NCBI GenBank assembly: GCA_016197155.1
Contig: JACPWF010000019.1
Span: 1,485 to 65,484 of the forward strand
From: Candidatus Omnitrophota bacterium
GTDB lineage: Bacteria > Omnitrophota > Gorgyraeia > 2-02-FULL-51-18
Length of the DNA: 64,000 bases
Direction of reading: 5' to 3'
Shown: positions 38,057-48,371 of the stretch, piece by piece
Layout of the letters: every line of letters begins with the position of its first letter
How positions within the stretch are numbered: the stretch's first letter is position 1
Position numbers and translations under genes: made by a program
Notes under the pieces: generated by a model
Told to the model about the DNA's origin: nothing
Databases searched by the model: none
What the model saw: only the letters and a program-made list of their open reading frames with translations

Positions 38057-38091
38057 TGTCATCCTTCAATCACTATACATCATAATTTAAA

Positions 38092-38165
<74 letters not shown>

Positions 38166-38174
38166 CGAAATCCC

Positions 38175-38248
38175 TGGGTCCGCCTGGACTCGAACCAGGG
38201 ACCGGCTGATTATGAGTCAGCTGCTCTAACCGACTGAGCTACGGACCC
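38175..38248 (-). tRNA. tRNA-Met (anticodon CAT, elongator-type anticodon stem; could also be tRNA-Ile2 if lysidinylated)
   Basis: GGGUCCG UA GCUC AGUCGGUUA GAGC A GCUGA CUCAUAA UCAGC CGGUC CCUGG UUCGAGU CCAGG CGGACCC A. Confidence 0.85.
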
Positions 38249-38292
38249 CAAATACAAAGCAAGAAATTGTAGCACAGGCCCGATTCACCCGC

Positions 38293-38320
38293 AAAACAAA
38301 ACCCCGCCTGGTGGGCGGGG
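38293..38320 (-). terminator. Rho-independent terminator after rpoD
   Basis: Minus-strand stem CCCCGCC-CACCAG-GCGGGG followed by UUUUGUUUU. It is followed by a candidate TTGCGG-17-CTACAAT promoter for the tRNA pair. Confidence 0.6.
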
Positions 38321-38343
38321 TTTGGCGACGGTCAGAGAGCGGA

Positions 38344-40137
38344 TTAAAATTCGGATTCTTCCCCCACTCCCAGCTCGAGAAAAGTTTTGAGCTTCCGCGA
38401 ACGGGTCGGGTGGCGGAGTTTCCGAAGCGCCTTGGCCTCGATCTGCCGGACTCTTTCGCGGGTCACGTTGAAAATGGATCCGACTTCCTCCAGCGTGCGC
38501 GGGTAGCCGTCGTTCACGCCGAAGCGCAGTTTGAGCACCTTGCGCTCTCTCTCGGTGAGCGTCGAGAGCACCTCGTCCATCTGCTCTTTCAGCATCGCGT
38601 AGGTCGTCGCGCTCGAGGGAGAAACCGCGCGCTTGTCCTCGATGAAATCGCCGAAATGCGTGTCGCCCTCGTCGCCGATCGGCGTCTGGAGCGAAATGGG
38701 CTCCTGCGCGATCTTCAAGATCTCACGCACTTTTTCGACGCCCATGCGCATGCGCTGGCCGATCTCTTCGGGCGTGGGTTCTTTGCCGGTCTCCTGAACG
38801 AGCGTGCGCGACACGCGGATGAGCTTGTTGATGGTCTCGGTCATGTGCACGGGAATGCGGATCGTGCGCGCCTGATCGGCGATCGAACGCGTCACCGCCT
38901 GCCGGATCCACCAGGTCGCGTAGGTGCTGAATTTGTAGCCGCGGCGGTATTCAAATTTATCGACGGCCTTCATGAGGCCGATATTGCCTTCCTGGATCAA
39001 ATCCAGAAACGACAGGCCGCGGTTGGTGTACTTCTTGGCGATGCTCACCACCAAACGCAGATTCGCTTCGACGAGTTCTTTCTTGGCCCTTTGATATTTA
39101 TTTTCCTTGCGGCGGATGCCCGCGTAGCGTTCCTTCAGGGCCTCATAATTTTTTTCGCCGAACGTCTCCAAAAGGTGGCGGCGTTCCTTCAGAAGCCTGC
39201 CGATTTCGAGGCGTTCTCTCCGGCGGCGGTGCCTCTCGATTTCGCGATCGATGCGGTCGATGCGCGTCACGGCGTCGCGGATGTCGTGAAAGATGTCCTC
39301 CACGATGCGCGCGCTAACGCGAAACTCCAAAAGAAGATTGAGCGTGTTGGTCGTGCGCTTGGCGCCGCGCAGACGCCGGGCCAGGATCTTGAGGCGCCGC
39401 AGGGTGCGCGGCGCGTTTTCGCGGAACTGGAGCTCCTCGTCGATGTATTCCTCGATCGTGTACTCCCGCTTCAAAAGTTTGTTGGTGAATTCCAGAATGT
39501 AGATGCGGGAATAAGAACACTCGAACACCGTTTTCCGGAACTCCAGCTCATCGGCCTCGATGCGCTTGGCCAGTTCCAATTCCTGCTCCCGCGTGAGGAG
39601 CGAAATCTGGCCCATCTGACGGAGATACATCCGCACCGGGTCATCCATCTGCTCGAGCCTGACCGGCGAAACGGCGGGGGCCTCTTCTTCCTTTTTGGCT
39701 TCGGGCCCGGCCTCCGAGAGCTCTTCGACTTCCCCGTCCTTGTCGCTTTCGGCGTCGGACGACTCCCCGTCTTTGGCCAAAGACTGCTCGGAATCCACCA
39801 CGTCGATCGACTGGCTCGTGAGCGTCACGAGCACGTCGTCGATCTCATCCGAGGAAGTGACATGGCTGGGCAGGATCTTGTTGATGTCGTCGTAGGTCAG
39901 AAAGCCTTTTTCTTTGCCCAGCGCGATGAGCTGGTCCACGCTTTTAGACTTCAGGCGCGTCCGGGTCTCCGGATCGGTCTCGGCGGAGACGGCCTCCCCC
40001 ACCAAAACCGCCGATTCCCTTTTCTCGACTGCCGGCTTCTTCGGGGAACGCAGAGGCTTCCTCGAAACTTTGCGGCGGACGGATTTTAGCCGGCGGCTTT
40101 TTTTCGCTTTGATTTTTTTCTTTTTATTTTTTTTCAT
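38344..40137 (-). CDS. rpoD: RNA polymerase sigma factor RpoD (sigma-70)
   Basis: 597 aa with regions 1.2-4.2 ([27 protein letters not shown]; rpoD box) and a lysine-rich N-terminus. Confidence 0.95.
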   Translation of the reverse strand: MKKNKKKKIKAKKSRRLKSVRRKVSRKPLRSPKKPAVEKRESAVLVGEAVSAETDPETRTRLKSKSVDQLIALGKEKGFLTYDDINKILPSHVTSSDEIDDVLVTLTSQSIDVVDSEQSLAKDGESSDAESDKDGEVEELSEAGPEAKKEEEAPAVSPVRLEQMDDPVRMYLRQMGQISLLTREQELELAKRIEADELEFRKTVFECSYSRIYILEFTNKLLKREYTIEEYIDEELQFRENAPRTLRRLKILARRLRGAKRTTNTLNLLLEFRVSARIVEDIFHDIRDAVTRIDRIDREIERHRRRRERLEIGRLLKERRHLLETFGEKNYEALKERYAGIRRKENKYQRAKKELVEANLRLVVSIAKKYTNRGLSFLDLIQEGNIGLMKAVDKFEYRRGYKFSTYATWWIRQAVTRSIADQARTIRIPVHMTETINKLIRVSRTLVQETGKEPTPEEIGQRMRMGVEKVREILKIAQEPISLQTPIGDEGDTHFGDFIEDKRAVSPSSATTYAMLKEQMDEVLSTLTERERKVLKLRFGVNDGYPRTLEEVGSIFNVTRERVRQIEAKALRKLRHPTRSRKLKTFLELGVGEESEF

Positions 40138-41893
40138 TGGTTTTTCTCATTCCTTTATTCAATTCATCCAGTTCTCTCAAAAGTTTTCCGATCCGGTTTT
40201 GGTCACCCTGGCGCCCGGCCGACGAAATCTCGGAACGCAGGCCCTCGCGGCGCGTCTTCATGCGCGAAGCCCGCACCCACGCCAGGCAATCCTCAAAAGC
40301 TTTTTGTTTGTCCACCAGCGTCTCGGCCTCGGCGGAGGCGAGCGTGATCACCTGCGCCGACTCGGGGTCGTCTTTGTAAAAATTGACGGCCGCGGCCGCG
40401 GTGAGACCCGGCCCCTCCTCCGTCTTTTCCATTAAAAGTTCGGCGACCAAACGGCGCGCCACCGGGTGTTTGAAATCGGCCGCGGTGATTTCAGCGCGCG
40501 CCCTCCGCACAAAATCAAGATCGTCGAGCAAAAGGCCGACGAGCAGGCACTCGGCCGACGGCAGTTCCTTCTCCGGCAAAACCGGCGCGGCGGCGCGGAC
40601 ACCGCTTCTGGGGCCCTCTCTGGCCTTCCGGAGCTCGGCCAAAACCGCTTCTTCGGAAACGGAAAGCTCGCGCGCGAGCTCCTTGGTCCACGCCGCTCTC
40701 AAAACTTCGTTCGACACTTTGGAGAAGAGGGCCACCATCTCGCCGGCGATCTTCACCTTGCCTTCGACGGAGCGCGCGTCAAAGCGATCCTTTAAAAGCG
40801 ACAACTTGTAATCAAAGAGCGTTTGGGCGCGCGCCAGCGCCTCATTCAACTTCCCAGCGCCGAACCCGCGGATAAACGAATCGGGGTCATGCCCGCGCTC
40901 GAGGCGCACGATCTTGACCTCGAGACCTTCTTCCAGAAAAACCTCAAGCCCCCGCAGGGTCGCCATCTCGCCCGCCTTGTCGGCGTCGTAGAGGATCGTC
41001 ACATTCTGCGTGTGGCGTTTCAAAAGCCGCGCCTGATCCGGCGTGAGGGCCGTCCCGAGCGACGCCACCACGTGCGTGACGCCGGCCTGATGACAGGCCA
41101 GGAGGTCCATGTACCCTTCGACCACGATCACCGCGTCACGCTCGCGGATGGACTTTCTCGCCTGAAAAAGGCCGTAGAGATGACGGCCCTTCGTGTAAAT
41201 CTCCGTTTCGGGAGAATTTAAATATTTCGGCAGTGAATCGTCGAGCACCCGCCCGCCGAACGCGACGCAAATGCCCTTCGCGTCCAAAATCGGAAAAATG
41301 ATTCTCTGGCGGAACCGGTCGTAATGGCCCTCTTCTTTGCGCGGAATGACCAGGCCCGCGCGTTCCAGAACCGCCGCGGGAATTTCCGTCCTGAGCGCCC
41401 GGCTGAGCGCGTCCCACGAGTCCGAGGCCCAGCCGATTTTAAAATTTTGAATCGTCTCCGCCGAGATCCCGCGCTTTTCCAAATAGGCTCTCGCCCGCTC
41501 GGAATCTTTCCCGCCGAGAAGCGCCTTGTGATAAAACTCGAGCGCCCGCTGATTAGCCTTGAGGAGCAGGCTCGTCTTCTCCGACGCGGCGGCGAAGGCC
41601 TTGTCCTTCGGAATCTCGACGCCCGTTTTCTCCGCGAGCGTCTCGACCGCCTCCACAAAATCTTTTTTCTCGATCTTCATGAGAAATCCGAAAACGTTGC
41701 CGCCCGCGCCGCAACCGAAGCAGTGAAAAATCTGCTTGTCCGGACTCACCATGAACGACGGCGTTTTTTCCTGGTGGAACGGGCACGGCGCCTTAAAATT
41801 CCGCCCCGCGCGGCGAAGCGGCACGTACGCCGAGACCAGCTCCACGATGTCCACGCGGTCCTGGATTTGAGCGAGAACGCTGTCCGGGATCAT
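40124..41893 (-). CDS. dnaG: DNA primase
   Basis: 589 aa with a zinc-binding domain ([34 protein letters not shown]) followed by a TOPRIM domain. Confidence 0.9.
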   Translation of the reverse strand: MIPDSVLAQIQDRVDIVELVSAYVPLRRAGRNFKAPCPFHQEKTPSFMVSPDKQIFHCFGCGAGGNVFGFLMKIEKKDFVEAVETLAEKTGVEIPKDKAFAAASEKTSLLLKANQRALEFYHKALLGGKDSERARAYLEKRGISAETIQNFKIGWASDSWDALSRALRTEIPAAVLERAGLVIPRKEEGHYDRFRQRIIFPILDAKGICVAFGGRVLDDSLPKYLNSPETEIYTKGRHLYGLFQARKSIRERDAVIVVEGYMDLLACHQAGVTHVVASLGTALTPDQARLLKRHTQNVTILYDADKAGEMATLRGLEVFLEEGLEVKIVRLERGHDPDSFIRGFGAGKLNEALARAQTLFDYKLSLLKDRFDARSVEGKVKIAGEMVALFSKVSNEVLRAAWTKELARELSVSEEAVLAELRKAREGPRSGVRAAAPVLPEKELPSAECLLVGLLLDDLDFVRRARAEITAADFKHPVARRLVAELLMEKTEEGPGLTAAAAVNFYKDDPESAQVITLASAEAETLVDKQKAFEDCLAWVRASRMKTRREGLRSEISSAGRQGDQNRIGKLLRELDELNKGMRKTNEKK

Positions 41894-41898
41894 GCCCG

Positions 41899-42354
41899 CT
41901 ATTTAGGAACCGAAAGCTGTGGCGACAATTTCGACAAAAAGTCGAACAGGAGCGGCGCGATCTGCGAAACCTTTTGGCCTGTCAAAGAACGCTCGTGGAT
42001 GTCGGATTTGAGAGACGCCATCGGCAGATACCCAATCCACATGAAAATCAAACTCAAAAGAACGACCCACCGGCACGCGCCGACGGCCGCACCCAGGATC
42101 CGGTAAAAAAATCCGCCCTCGCCCACTTTCAAAAGTTTGAGGACCAGCATCGTCAGGAGCTTCGTGACCAGAAACACCGCGATCAGAAGCCCGCCGAAGG
42201 CCGCCGCCTCGGCCGTCGTCTCGTTCAAAAAGGTTTTGAGCGTCAAAAACTGCGCGAGCGATTCATGAAAATGAAACGTGACGATCACCGTGACCAGATA
42301 CGAAAAAATTCTCAAAAGCTCCGGAAAAAAACCGGACCGGTAACCCACGTACAA
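41899..42354 (-). CDS. cvpA: CvpA-family membrane protein
   Basis: 151 aa, 4 TM, CvpA-like. Confidence 0.55.
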   Translation of the reverse strand: MYVGYRSGFFPELLRIFSYLVTVIVTFHFHESLAQFLTLKTFLNETTAEAAAFGGLLIAVFLVTKLLTMLVLKLLKVGEGGFFYRILGAAVGACRWVVLLSLIFMWIGYLPMASLKSDIHERSLTGQKVSQIAPLLFDFLSKLSPQLSVPK

Positions 42355-42483
42355 CCCGCGCAGGACCGCGACGAAGGCGATATAATCCGCCCACGTGAGT
42401 TTGGCGACCAGCTCTTTTAAATTTGAAATGGCGCACCCGCTTTTACTTGAGAATTAAATCGCGAAGGGTCAAACGACAGTCGG

Positions 42484-42512
42484 AGTATAGCATCGAAAGT
42501 GGGGTTTGTCAA
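42484..42512 (-). promoter_or_regulatory. Consensus sigma-70 promoter (TTGACA-17-TATACT) upstream of cvpA-dnaG-rpoD
   Basis: The minus strand reads aaTTTGACAaaccccactttcgatgcTATACTccg within the AT-rich 200-bp intergenic region. Confidence 0.5.
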
Positions 42513-42559
42513 ATTGTTAATCGATATAAATATTAAGTTTAAACAAACACGCCCCCATT

Positions 42560-43306
42560 TTATTCCCCAGTTTTAAGGGGAGAGTAGAAAAAATTAAGCG
42601 CCGACAACACAAACATCGCCGCGGTCTCACTGCGGAGAATGAGCGGCCCCAGGCTCACGGCCTTCGCGCCTTTCGCGAGCGCAAGTTTGGTTTCTCCCGG
42701 CGTGAAATCACCTTCGGGGCCGATAAAAAGAATCACTCTCTTCGCCGGATGATTTTGGAGGACGCTTTTCAGGCTCTGGGTTTTCACGGCGAGCGTCGGA
42801 AAAAGGACGAGGGCCTCGCCGCCGAGATTTCGCGTAAAATCCCCGAAAGGCCGCGCGGGATGGACGGCCGGCACGAGCGTTTGCCCGCATTGCTTACAGC
42901 TTTCCGCGGCGATCTTTTGCCAGCGCGCGAGCTTGGCCGCCCAGCGCTCTTTGGAAAGTTTGACCACACTGCGTTCGCACAAAAGCGGCTGGATCGAGGC
43001 GGCGCCGAGCTCCGCGGCCTTTTGGATGAGGAGGTCCATCGCGGCGGGTTTGAGGACGGAAACGGCCAGGCAAATGGGCACACCGGTTTCTAAAATTTTT
43101 CCGGAATCGTTTAAAATTTTCACGAACACGCGGCCCGATTTTATTTCGGAAACGAAACCGGAAAACTTTTTTCCTTTGCCGTCCAAAAGTTCGACGGCCT
43201 CGCCCGGCGCCAGGCGCAAAACCGAAAGCGCATGGCGGCTCTCTTTGGGATCGAGCGCGGCGAAACCGTTTTGAATGGACGCCTGATCAACCAGAAACCG
43301 GGGCAT
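42560..43306 (-). CDS. rsmE: 16S rRNA (uracil1498-N3)-methyltransferase
   Basis: Start at MPRFLVDQASIQ... An N-terminal PUA-like domain is followed by a SPOUT domain (VLFIGPEGDFTPGE). Confidence 0.8.
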   Translation of the reverse strand: MPRFLVDQASIQNGFAALDPKESRHALSVLRLAPGEAVELLDGKGKKFSGFVSEIKSGRVFVKILNDSGKILETGVPICLAVSVLKPAAMDLLIQKAAELGAASIQPLLCERSVVKLSKERWAAKLARWQKIAAESCKQCGQTLVPAVHPARPFGDFTRNLGGEALVLFPTLAVKTQSLKSVLQNHPAKRVILFIGPEGDFTPGETKLALAKGAKAVSLGPLILRSETAAMFVLSALNFFYSPLKTGE

Positions 43307-44204
43307 GGTCTGAAAAACAATCCGAGGCGAGCGCTTCTTTGAGGGCCTGGCCCGAATCCTCACCCGGCGGAAAACGCCAGTCGGCTTCCTTGTCGACATT
43401 GAAAAGCACGAAGGCCTTTATTTCCTTCATCCGGCAGATCGTTTTCATCGCTTCGCGGATCCAACGGGCCTTCATGCCGGGCGCGCCGGAGGCCGAGCCG
43501 AATTCCGAAATCATGACGGGTTTTCCATACCGGAGAACGACGTCCCGGTATCGGCGCGCGAAGATCCGTTCAAAACTCACCCACCGGTTTTTTCCCCAAT
43601 TGTAGCCGTCAATCCCGACCAGATCCACGTAGCGGGCGCCGGGATAATAAAGGGAAAAATGGTTCTTTCCGGGCGCATCTTCCCAATTCACCGAAAAAAC
43701 CCATCGCGCGTTATCGACGCCGCGCGCCCTGAAGAAATCGACCACGTGGCGGTAAAGCGCGATGTATCGATCCCTTCCGACGGCGGGCCCCGACCAGGGG
43801 TACCAGTCTCCGTTGGCCTCGTGCGCGAAACGGATGTACACCTCGCCGGGCGCCGATTTCACGCGCGCGGCGAACGCCGCCAGATACGCGTCGTCCGCGC
43901 CGGCGAGAACCCGGCCGTAATCGATCCCTTTTTTGTCGGCGGTTGTCCACGGTTCCCAGGTCAGAAAAAGCCGTGACCCTTCCGCGTAAATATCGCGGAG
44001 CGATTCTCTGTCCGGCAGGGCATTCCAATCCAAAAAAACCATGACCAGCGCCGGTTTTTTTCCGTAATCTTCTTTAAACTTTTGAATGTCCGAGCGGCCG
44101 GGCCGGTCCGCCAAAAACGCGCCCGTGAGACAGGCCCGCTCGGAGGCGGCGGAGGCGCCCGAAAAAAGCAAGAAAACGGACAGCAGAAAAAGGTTTCGTC
44201 TCAA
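43287..44204 (-). CDS. Secreted glycoside hydrolase family 26 (beta-mannanase-like)
   Basis: Signal peptide, then catalytic-glutamate motifs FAHEANGDWYPW and MISEFG typical of GH26. Confidence 0.7.
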   Translation of the reverse strand: MRRNLFLLSVFLLFSGASAASERACLTGAFLADRPGRSDIQKFKEDYGKKPALVMVFLDWNALPDRESLRDIYAEGSRLFLTWEPWTTADKKGIDYGRVLAGADDAYLAAFAARVKSAPGEVYIRFAHEANGDWYPWSGPAVGRDRYIALYRHVVDFFRARGVDNARWVFSVNWEDAPGKNHFSLYYPGARYVDLVGIDGYNWGKNRWVSFERIFARRYRDVVLRYGKPVMISEFGSASGAPGMKARWIREAMKTICRMKEIKAFVLFNVDKEADWRFPPGEDSGQALKEALASDCFSDHAPVSG

Positions 44205-44593
44205 CCGATCAATGCCTTGATCTTGACCAGGAGCAGATTCAAATCGAAGGGTTTGATGAAATAGGCGTCGGCGCCGTACTGCTGGATTTTTTCCCTGTCC
44301 TGCTGTTGGTGCAGGGCCGAGAGAACGATGATGGGCAGATTTTTAAACGCGCCGTCAAACTTGAGCATCCGGCAGACTTCAAAACCGTTGATCTTGGGAA
44401 GCATGAGATCGAGGATCACCAGATCCGGTTTTTCTTTTTTGACCTTTTGCAGGGCCTCCTCCCCGTCCTTGGCCAGGATCACTTCATAGCCGTTGACTTC
44501 CAAACGCACGGCCAGGACATTGGCGATATCCTGCTCGTCCTCGACGAGGAGGATTTTTTTCAGAAGAGTTTCTCTTTTTCTTGTTTCAGCCAT
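44201..44593 (-). CDS. Single-domain response regulator (CheY-like receiver)
   Basis: KILLVEDEQDIANVL...DLVILDLMLPKINGFEV... Confidence 0.85.
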   Translation of the reverse strand: MAETRKRETLLKKILLVEDEQDIANVLAVRLEVNGYEVILAKDGEEALQKVKKEKPDLVILDLMLPKINGFEVCRMLKFDGAFKNLPIIVLSALHQQQDREKIQQYGADAYFIKPFDLNLLLVKIKALIG

Positions 44594-44754
44594 CGAAAGG
44601 CCTCCATGTTTTCGGTCATGAGCGGCAGGAGCTTGTTGCGGAGCGAGCGGTCATGGACCTCATTCAAAAGATCCGTGTGGATCACCAGCGTCTCTTTTAA
44701 AAGACCCTCCAGCTCCCCAAAATAATTTTTAAAATCTTCCTTAGTAAACATCGC
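44560..44754 (-). CDS. Hypothetical small protein (about 64 aa from MFTKEDF...). It could be the frameshifted continuation of 44741..44980.
   Basis: The protein-like sequence begins at an internal Met. The upstream part of the track ORF has a non-protein-like composition. Confidence 0.2.
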   Translation of the reverse strand, partial: AMFTKEDFKNYFGELEGLLKETLVIHTDLLNEVHDRSLRNKLLPLMTENMEAFRWLKQEKEKLF

Positions 44755-44980
44755 TTCGGCCGCCCTGCGCCTCTTTTTTGATTTCGCCGATGGCGTTCGC
44801 GTGTTTGGTCTGGATGACGGCGCGCGCCTGAAAATACTCGAGGATTTTCCGGCGGTCGGCCTCTCCGAGACCGCCAAAGGAAAGAGACGAGGCCATGTCG
44901 CGGTGAAAAAGCACGGCCAGACGTTTTTCAAGTTCAATGAGCGAGTCGAGAGCGAGGATCAGTTTTTCTTTTTGAATCAT
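44741..44980 (-). CDS. Hypothetical small protein (79 aa)
   Basis: Open frame abutting the GT2 synthase gene. No recognisable domain. Confidence 0.25.
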   Translation of the reverse strand: MIQKEKLILALDSLIELEKRLAVLFHRDMASSLSFGGLGEADRRKILEYFQARAVIQTKHANAIGEIKKEAQGGRSDVY

Positions 44981-46800
44981 GGTTCGATTAGGCTTTCCAG
45001 TTGTCGCCGCTCTTCGCCGGCGATGGTCACGACGCCGATTTTGGTTTCCACGCGGCCGTCGCGTTTGCGGGCGCCGTGCGAAAAAATCTGCCCGTCAAAC
45101 ACCAGCGACCGTCCGTCTTTCAGAAGGACTTTGCACATGAGAAGCGCGCCGACCGGCGGCGGGCCGGACAAAAAAACGCCGAACCGCGTCACCCACGCCG
45201 ACGGATCGAGGTCCGCGTAGGCGCCGTTCTCAAGAATCTTGTAATCAAAACCGGCGCGCGGCCGAAGGCATCCCGTCCGCGCTCCCGGATCGGCTTCTTC
45301 ATTGAAATAGAACACACTGCCAAGAAGCAGAAAATGATAAAACGCCCAAAAGGCGTTTATCAATATAGCAGGCTGTCTCTCGTAAAGATACCGATTCGCG
45401 GCCCACACCACACCCGCGAAATTCAAAAACAGCATGCCCATCTGCGGCCACAGCGCCCGGTACGGCAGGGCCGCGGTCTTGGATTTGTCCGTGACGACAA
45501 ATTCCGCCTTCAGCCCCAATAGGGCGCGGAACGCCGCCCGGACGTAAACCGGAAACGCGACCACCCCCAGAAACTGGCCGACGGCCAAGTCTCTTATTCT
45601 ATAATTTCTCCGGCCAAGCGCAACGTAAAAAACAGCCAGCGGAAAAATCGCGTAGGGCAGAAAGGCGAAGAGATAAACGCTGGTGGGCAAATAGGAAGTC
45701 GGGATTCTGAAAAATAAATAGGCCAGCGGACAAAGCATGAGCACAAAATAGACGAATCCCACCAGATAATAGGACCCCGAGAGCGTGTATTCCCACATCT
45801 GGACGGGGCGCAGGCGGCAGCGGCCCAGAAAAATATCCAGCATCATTTTTCTGAAAACCGTGAGGGTCCCCATCGCCCAGCGGAACTGCTGTTTGAAAAA
45901 CCCGACGAGGTTTTCAGGCCCCAGGCCGAACGTCGAAACGTGCGCGTAATACAACGATTTCCAGCCGCGGTTGTGGAGCAGATAGGACGTCGAAAAATCT
46001 TCGGTGATCGTGGACTCGTCGAGACCGCCGACTTCCAGGAGCGCGGCGCGGCGAAAAATGACGTTCGTGCCACAGCTGAAAACCGCGTCGCGGCTGTTTT
46101 TGCCTTCGCAGATGTATTCGTAAAAAACCGCCTGCTCAAACGCGGCCCCGCGCGCGATCCGGCTGGCGTTCAAATTGGAATAAAATTGCGGCGTCTGGAC
46201 AAACGCCAGCCTGTCCGCCCCTTTAAAGAGCGGGACGAGCGTTTTCAAAAATGACGAGATCGGCCGCTGGTCCGCGTCAAAAATCGCCACGAAATCCTCC
46301 TTGAGGGTTTCCAGGCAGTCGTTCACGATCCCCGCCTTGGCCCCGTGGCGCGGCCGGGTCCGGCGGAACAGGACCAGGCCAAATTCGCGGCAGAGTCTTT
46401 CGGCCTCCTCTTTGTATTTTTCGTCGGAGCTGTCGTCGAGAAAATAAACGGTTTTGCGGGGGTAGTCGAGGCCCTTCAACGCGCTGAACGTCTCGCGCAG
46501 GACGGCCTCCGGCTCATGGCGCGCCGCCACTAAAACCGCGACGGACGGCGCGCCGAGCGGGTCCGCGTCGGCCGCGGGCGGGTCCGCGCGGGGCTCATCG
46601 ATCACCCGAAAGACGTTGATCACGTATCCGAAGGCGTGAACGAAAAGAAAAACTTCGCAGGCGACAAGCAGAAAGGAGAAAATTTTGTCCGGCGTGCGAT
46701 AGGACGCGAGAAAAAAACTCCCCGCTTTGGCGATGACGTAGACGAGGGCCGCCATCAAAAACAGGACCGTTGCCAAAAGGGACGAGGGCCTTCTCTTCAT
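44977..46800 (-). CDS. Processive family-2 glycosyltransferase with C-terminal PilZ domain (cellulose-synthase BcsA-like)
   Basis: D, DxD and QxxRW motifs (FDADQRP..., QQFRWAMGTL), 7-8 TM segments, and a C-terminal PilZ-like region (RxxxR ... DGSLVFDG). The probable start is MKRRPSS at 46800. Confidence 0.8.
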   Translation of the reverse strand: MKRRPSSLLATVLFLMAALVYVIAKAGSFFLASYRTPDKIFSFLLVACEVFLFVHAFGYVINVFRVIDEPRADPPAADADPLGAPSVAVLVAARHEPEAVLRETFSALKGLDYPRKTVYFLDDSSDEKYKEEAERLCREFGLVLFRRTRPRHGAKAGIVNDCLETLKEDFVAIFDADQRPISSFLKTLVPLFKGADRLAFVQTPQFYSNLNASRIARGAAFEQAVFYEYICEGKNSRDAVFSCGTNVIFRRAALLEVGGLDESTITEDFSTSYLLHNRGWKSLYYAHVSTFGLGPENLVGFFKQQFRWAMGTLTVFRKMMLDIFLGRCRLRPVQMWEYTLSGSYYLVGFVYFVLMLCPLAYLFFRIPTSYLPTSVYLFAFLPYAIFPLAVFYVALGRRNYRIRDLAVGQFLGVVAFPVYVRAAFRALLGLKAEFVVTDKSKTAALPYRALWPQMGMLFLNFAGVVWAANRYLYERQPAILINAFWAFYHFLLLGSVFYFNEEADPGARTGCLRPRAGFDYKILENGAYADLDPSAWVTRFGVFLSGPPPVGALLMCKVLLKDGRSLVFDGQIFSHGARKRDGRVETKIGVVTIAGEERRQLESLIEP

Positions 46801-46808
46801 GAGCGCCG

Positions 46809-48371
46809 CTAGAAAATCTTGTCCATCAAAAGCTCGACGCTTTTGTCGTGGTACACGTCGGCGCTGGCGCGCGTGAGCGTCCCCCGCAGGGACCAATAAA
46901 AATCACGGTCAAGCTCCCAGTGAATCTCCGCCATCAGGTGATGGCCGACGATGTCCTGTGAATCGAGCGATCCCTCGTAGCGAATCTCCGTGTAGAGGTC
47001 CTTGGCGCCGAAATGCAGTTCCTCCCTGTTCCAGTATTGCCTCCAGGCCAGCGCCAGAGAATGCGTCCACAGACCCGAGGGTGAAAAATAATCGGGAACG
47101 CGGTCGTCAAAACCGAGGGATGCCGAGCGGTAGGTCAAAGACACGCGGCTTGGCTCAAAGGAAAAAAAGTAGGTGGCGTCCCAGCCCGGGCTTTGTTTTT
47201 CGTTGTCGTCCGAGATCTTTGAGAAAAGATAATCCACGCCCCACTCCAGACGCTGGCCCGCGCGTCCCTCCAGGCGGACTTTGAAATCATCGCCGGTCAG
47301 GCCTTTTCGAATAACGCCGCCGGCGTTGTCCAGGCGGTTGTGCCCGTACGAAAACAGGACCGTCGCCGCGTCGGACAAACGTTTTTCGAGACTGACTCCG
47401 AAAAGATCGCGCGAGGGAACATCGCGGTTGGCGGTGACGGCGGCAAAAAACGCGTCGAGGCGGTACCGGGGCGCGTCGGCGTAGGAAAACCAGATCCGAT
47501 TTTCATTTTCCGTGATCCGCCTGAAATCCGAGAAAAACCGGCGGCCCACCTCGTCTCGCACGCCCAGCGTCAATTGATCGTCCACGGGAACGCGGAGCGC
47601 GTTGAAAAAAACACCGCGGTGGACGTCGCTCTGGCGGCTTCTGCTTCTGGCCTCGAGAAAATAAGCGCCGGATGTCCAGGCCGGGCGCTCGCTGACCAAC
47701 TTCGCCTTCTCAAGGCCTTCCTGAGCCTGAACGTGGCGCGGCAGGGTTTTCAGAATTTTTTCGTATTCGCTCTTGGCCTCGGGCCACATCGAATGGCCGG
47801 CATACAGCTCTCCCAGGTCAAAGCGCGCCTCAAAATTTTCCGGGTCTTCTTTCACGAGCGCTTCGTAAGCGCCCATGGCCCGGATCCCCTGGCGGCGCCA
47901 ATAGAACTGTTTGGCCTCGAGCTCACGCTCAACTTTTTTGTCCGGCGATTCTCCGAGAATTTTTTTGTATTCGGCCTCGGAGGCCTCATACCGCCTGGCC
48001 CAGCTGAGGATGCGGGCTTTTTGCAGGCGGATCCCAGGCTCTTCCTTTTTTTCCAAAATCTCATCGTACAGCCTCAGCGATTCGTCGTATCGGCGGGTGT
48101 AGGCGCAGAGGATCGCGAGCTTATTCTTGGCCTCGAGATTCTCCGGCTCTTCGGTTAAAATTTCTTGATACGTGCGGATCGCCTTGCCGTATTCCCCGCC
48201 GGACAGCTGGGTCTCCGCCAAAAGCGCGCGGGCTTCCCGGGCCTGGGCCTTCACGTCGATTTTCTGCTCAAAGGCAAAGGCCTCATCCTCCTGAATCTCG
48301 CAAAAAGCGGGCCGGGCCGCGAGAACCCCCGCCGCCGCCGCCAAAAATAAAATCACGCCCCGGGTCTTCAA
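46809..48371 (-). CDS. TPR + C-terminal beta-barrel exopolysaccharide export protein (BcsC / PgaA-like)
   Basis: Signal peptide, N-terminal TPR repeats, and a C-terminal beta-rich half with alternating aromatic strands. Confidence 0.55.
   Translation of the reverse strand: MKTRGVILFLAAAAGVLAARPAFCEIQEDEAFAFEQKIDVKAQAREARALLAETQLSGGEYGKAIRTYQEILTEEPENLEAKNKLAILCAYTRRYDESLRLYDEILEKKEEPGIRLQKARILSWARRYEASEAEYKKILGESPDKKVERELEAKQFYWRRQGIRAMGAYEALVKEDPENFEARFDLGELYAGHSMWPEAKSEYEKILKTLPRHVQAQEGLEKAKLVSERPAWTSGAYFLEARSRSRQSDVHRGVFFNALRVPVDDQLTLGVRDEVGRRFFSDFRRITENENRIWFSYADAPRYRLDAFFAAVTANRDVPSRDLFGVSLEKRLSDAATVLFSYGHNRLDNAGGVIRKGLTGDDFKVRLEGRAGQRLEWGVDYLFSKISDDNEKQSPGWDATYFFSFEPSRVSLTYRSASLGFDDRVPDYFSPSGLWTHSLALAWRQYWNREELHFGAKDLYTEIRYEGSLDSQDIVGHHLMAEIHWELDRDFYWSLRGTLTRASADVYHDKSVELLMDKIF

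Noticed and set aside
37793-38060. Possible CRISPR array
   Set aside because: Only two units, about 130-nt period, no unique spacers, and the units are tRNA-derived. No cas genes are nearby.
37729-38062. Protein-coding tandem repeat (2 x 43 aa, ERPPLELWRASADALMAD...) at the N-terminus of the NTase ORF
   Set aside because: The DNA is 30/31 identical to the adjacent tRNA-Val anticodon arm and carries the tRNA 3' end with ACCA. The differences between copies are compensatory stem changes. It is RNA-derived, and the open frame is a by-product of a 129-nt (3n) period in GC-rich hairpins.
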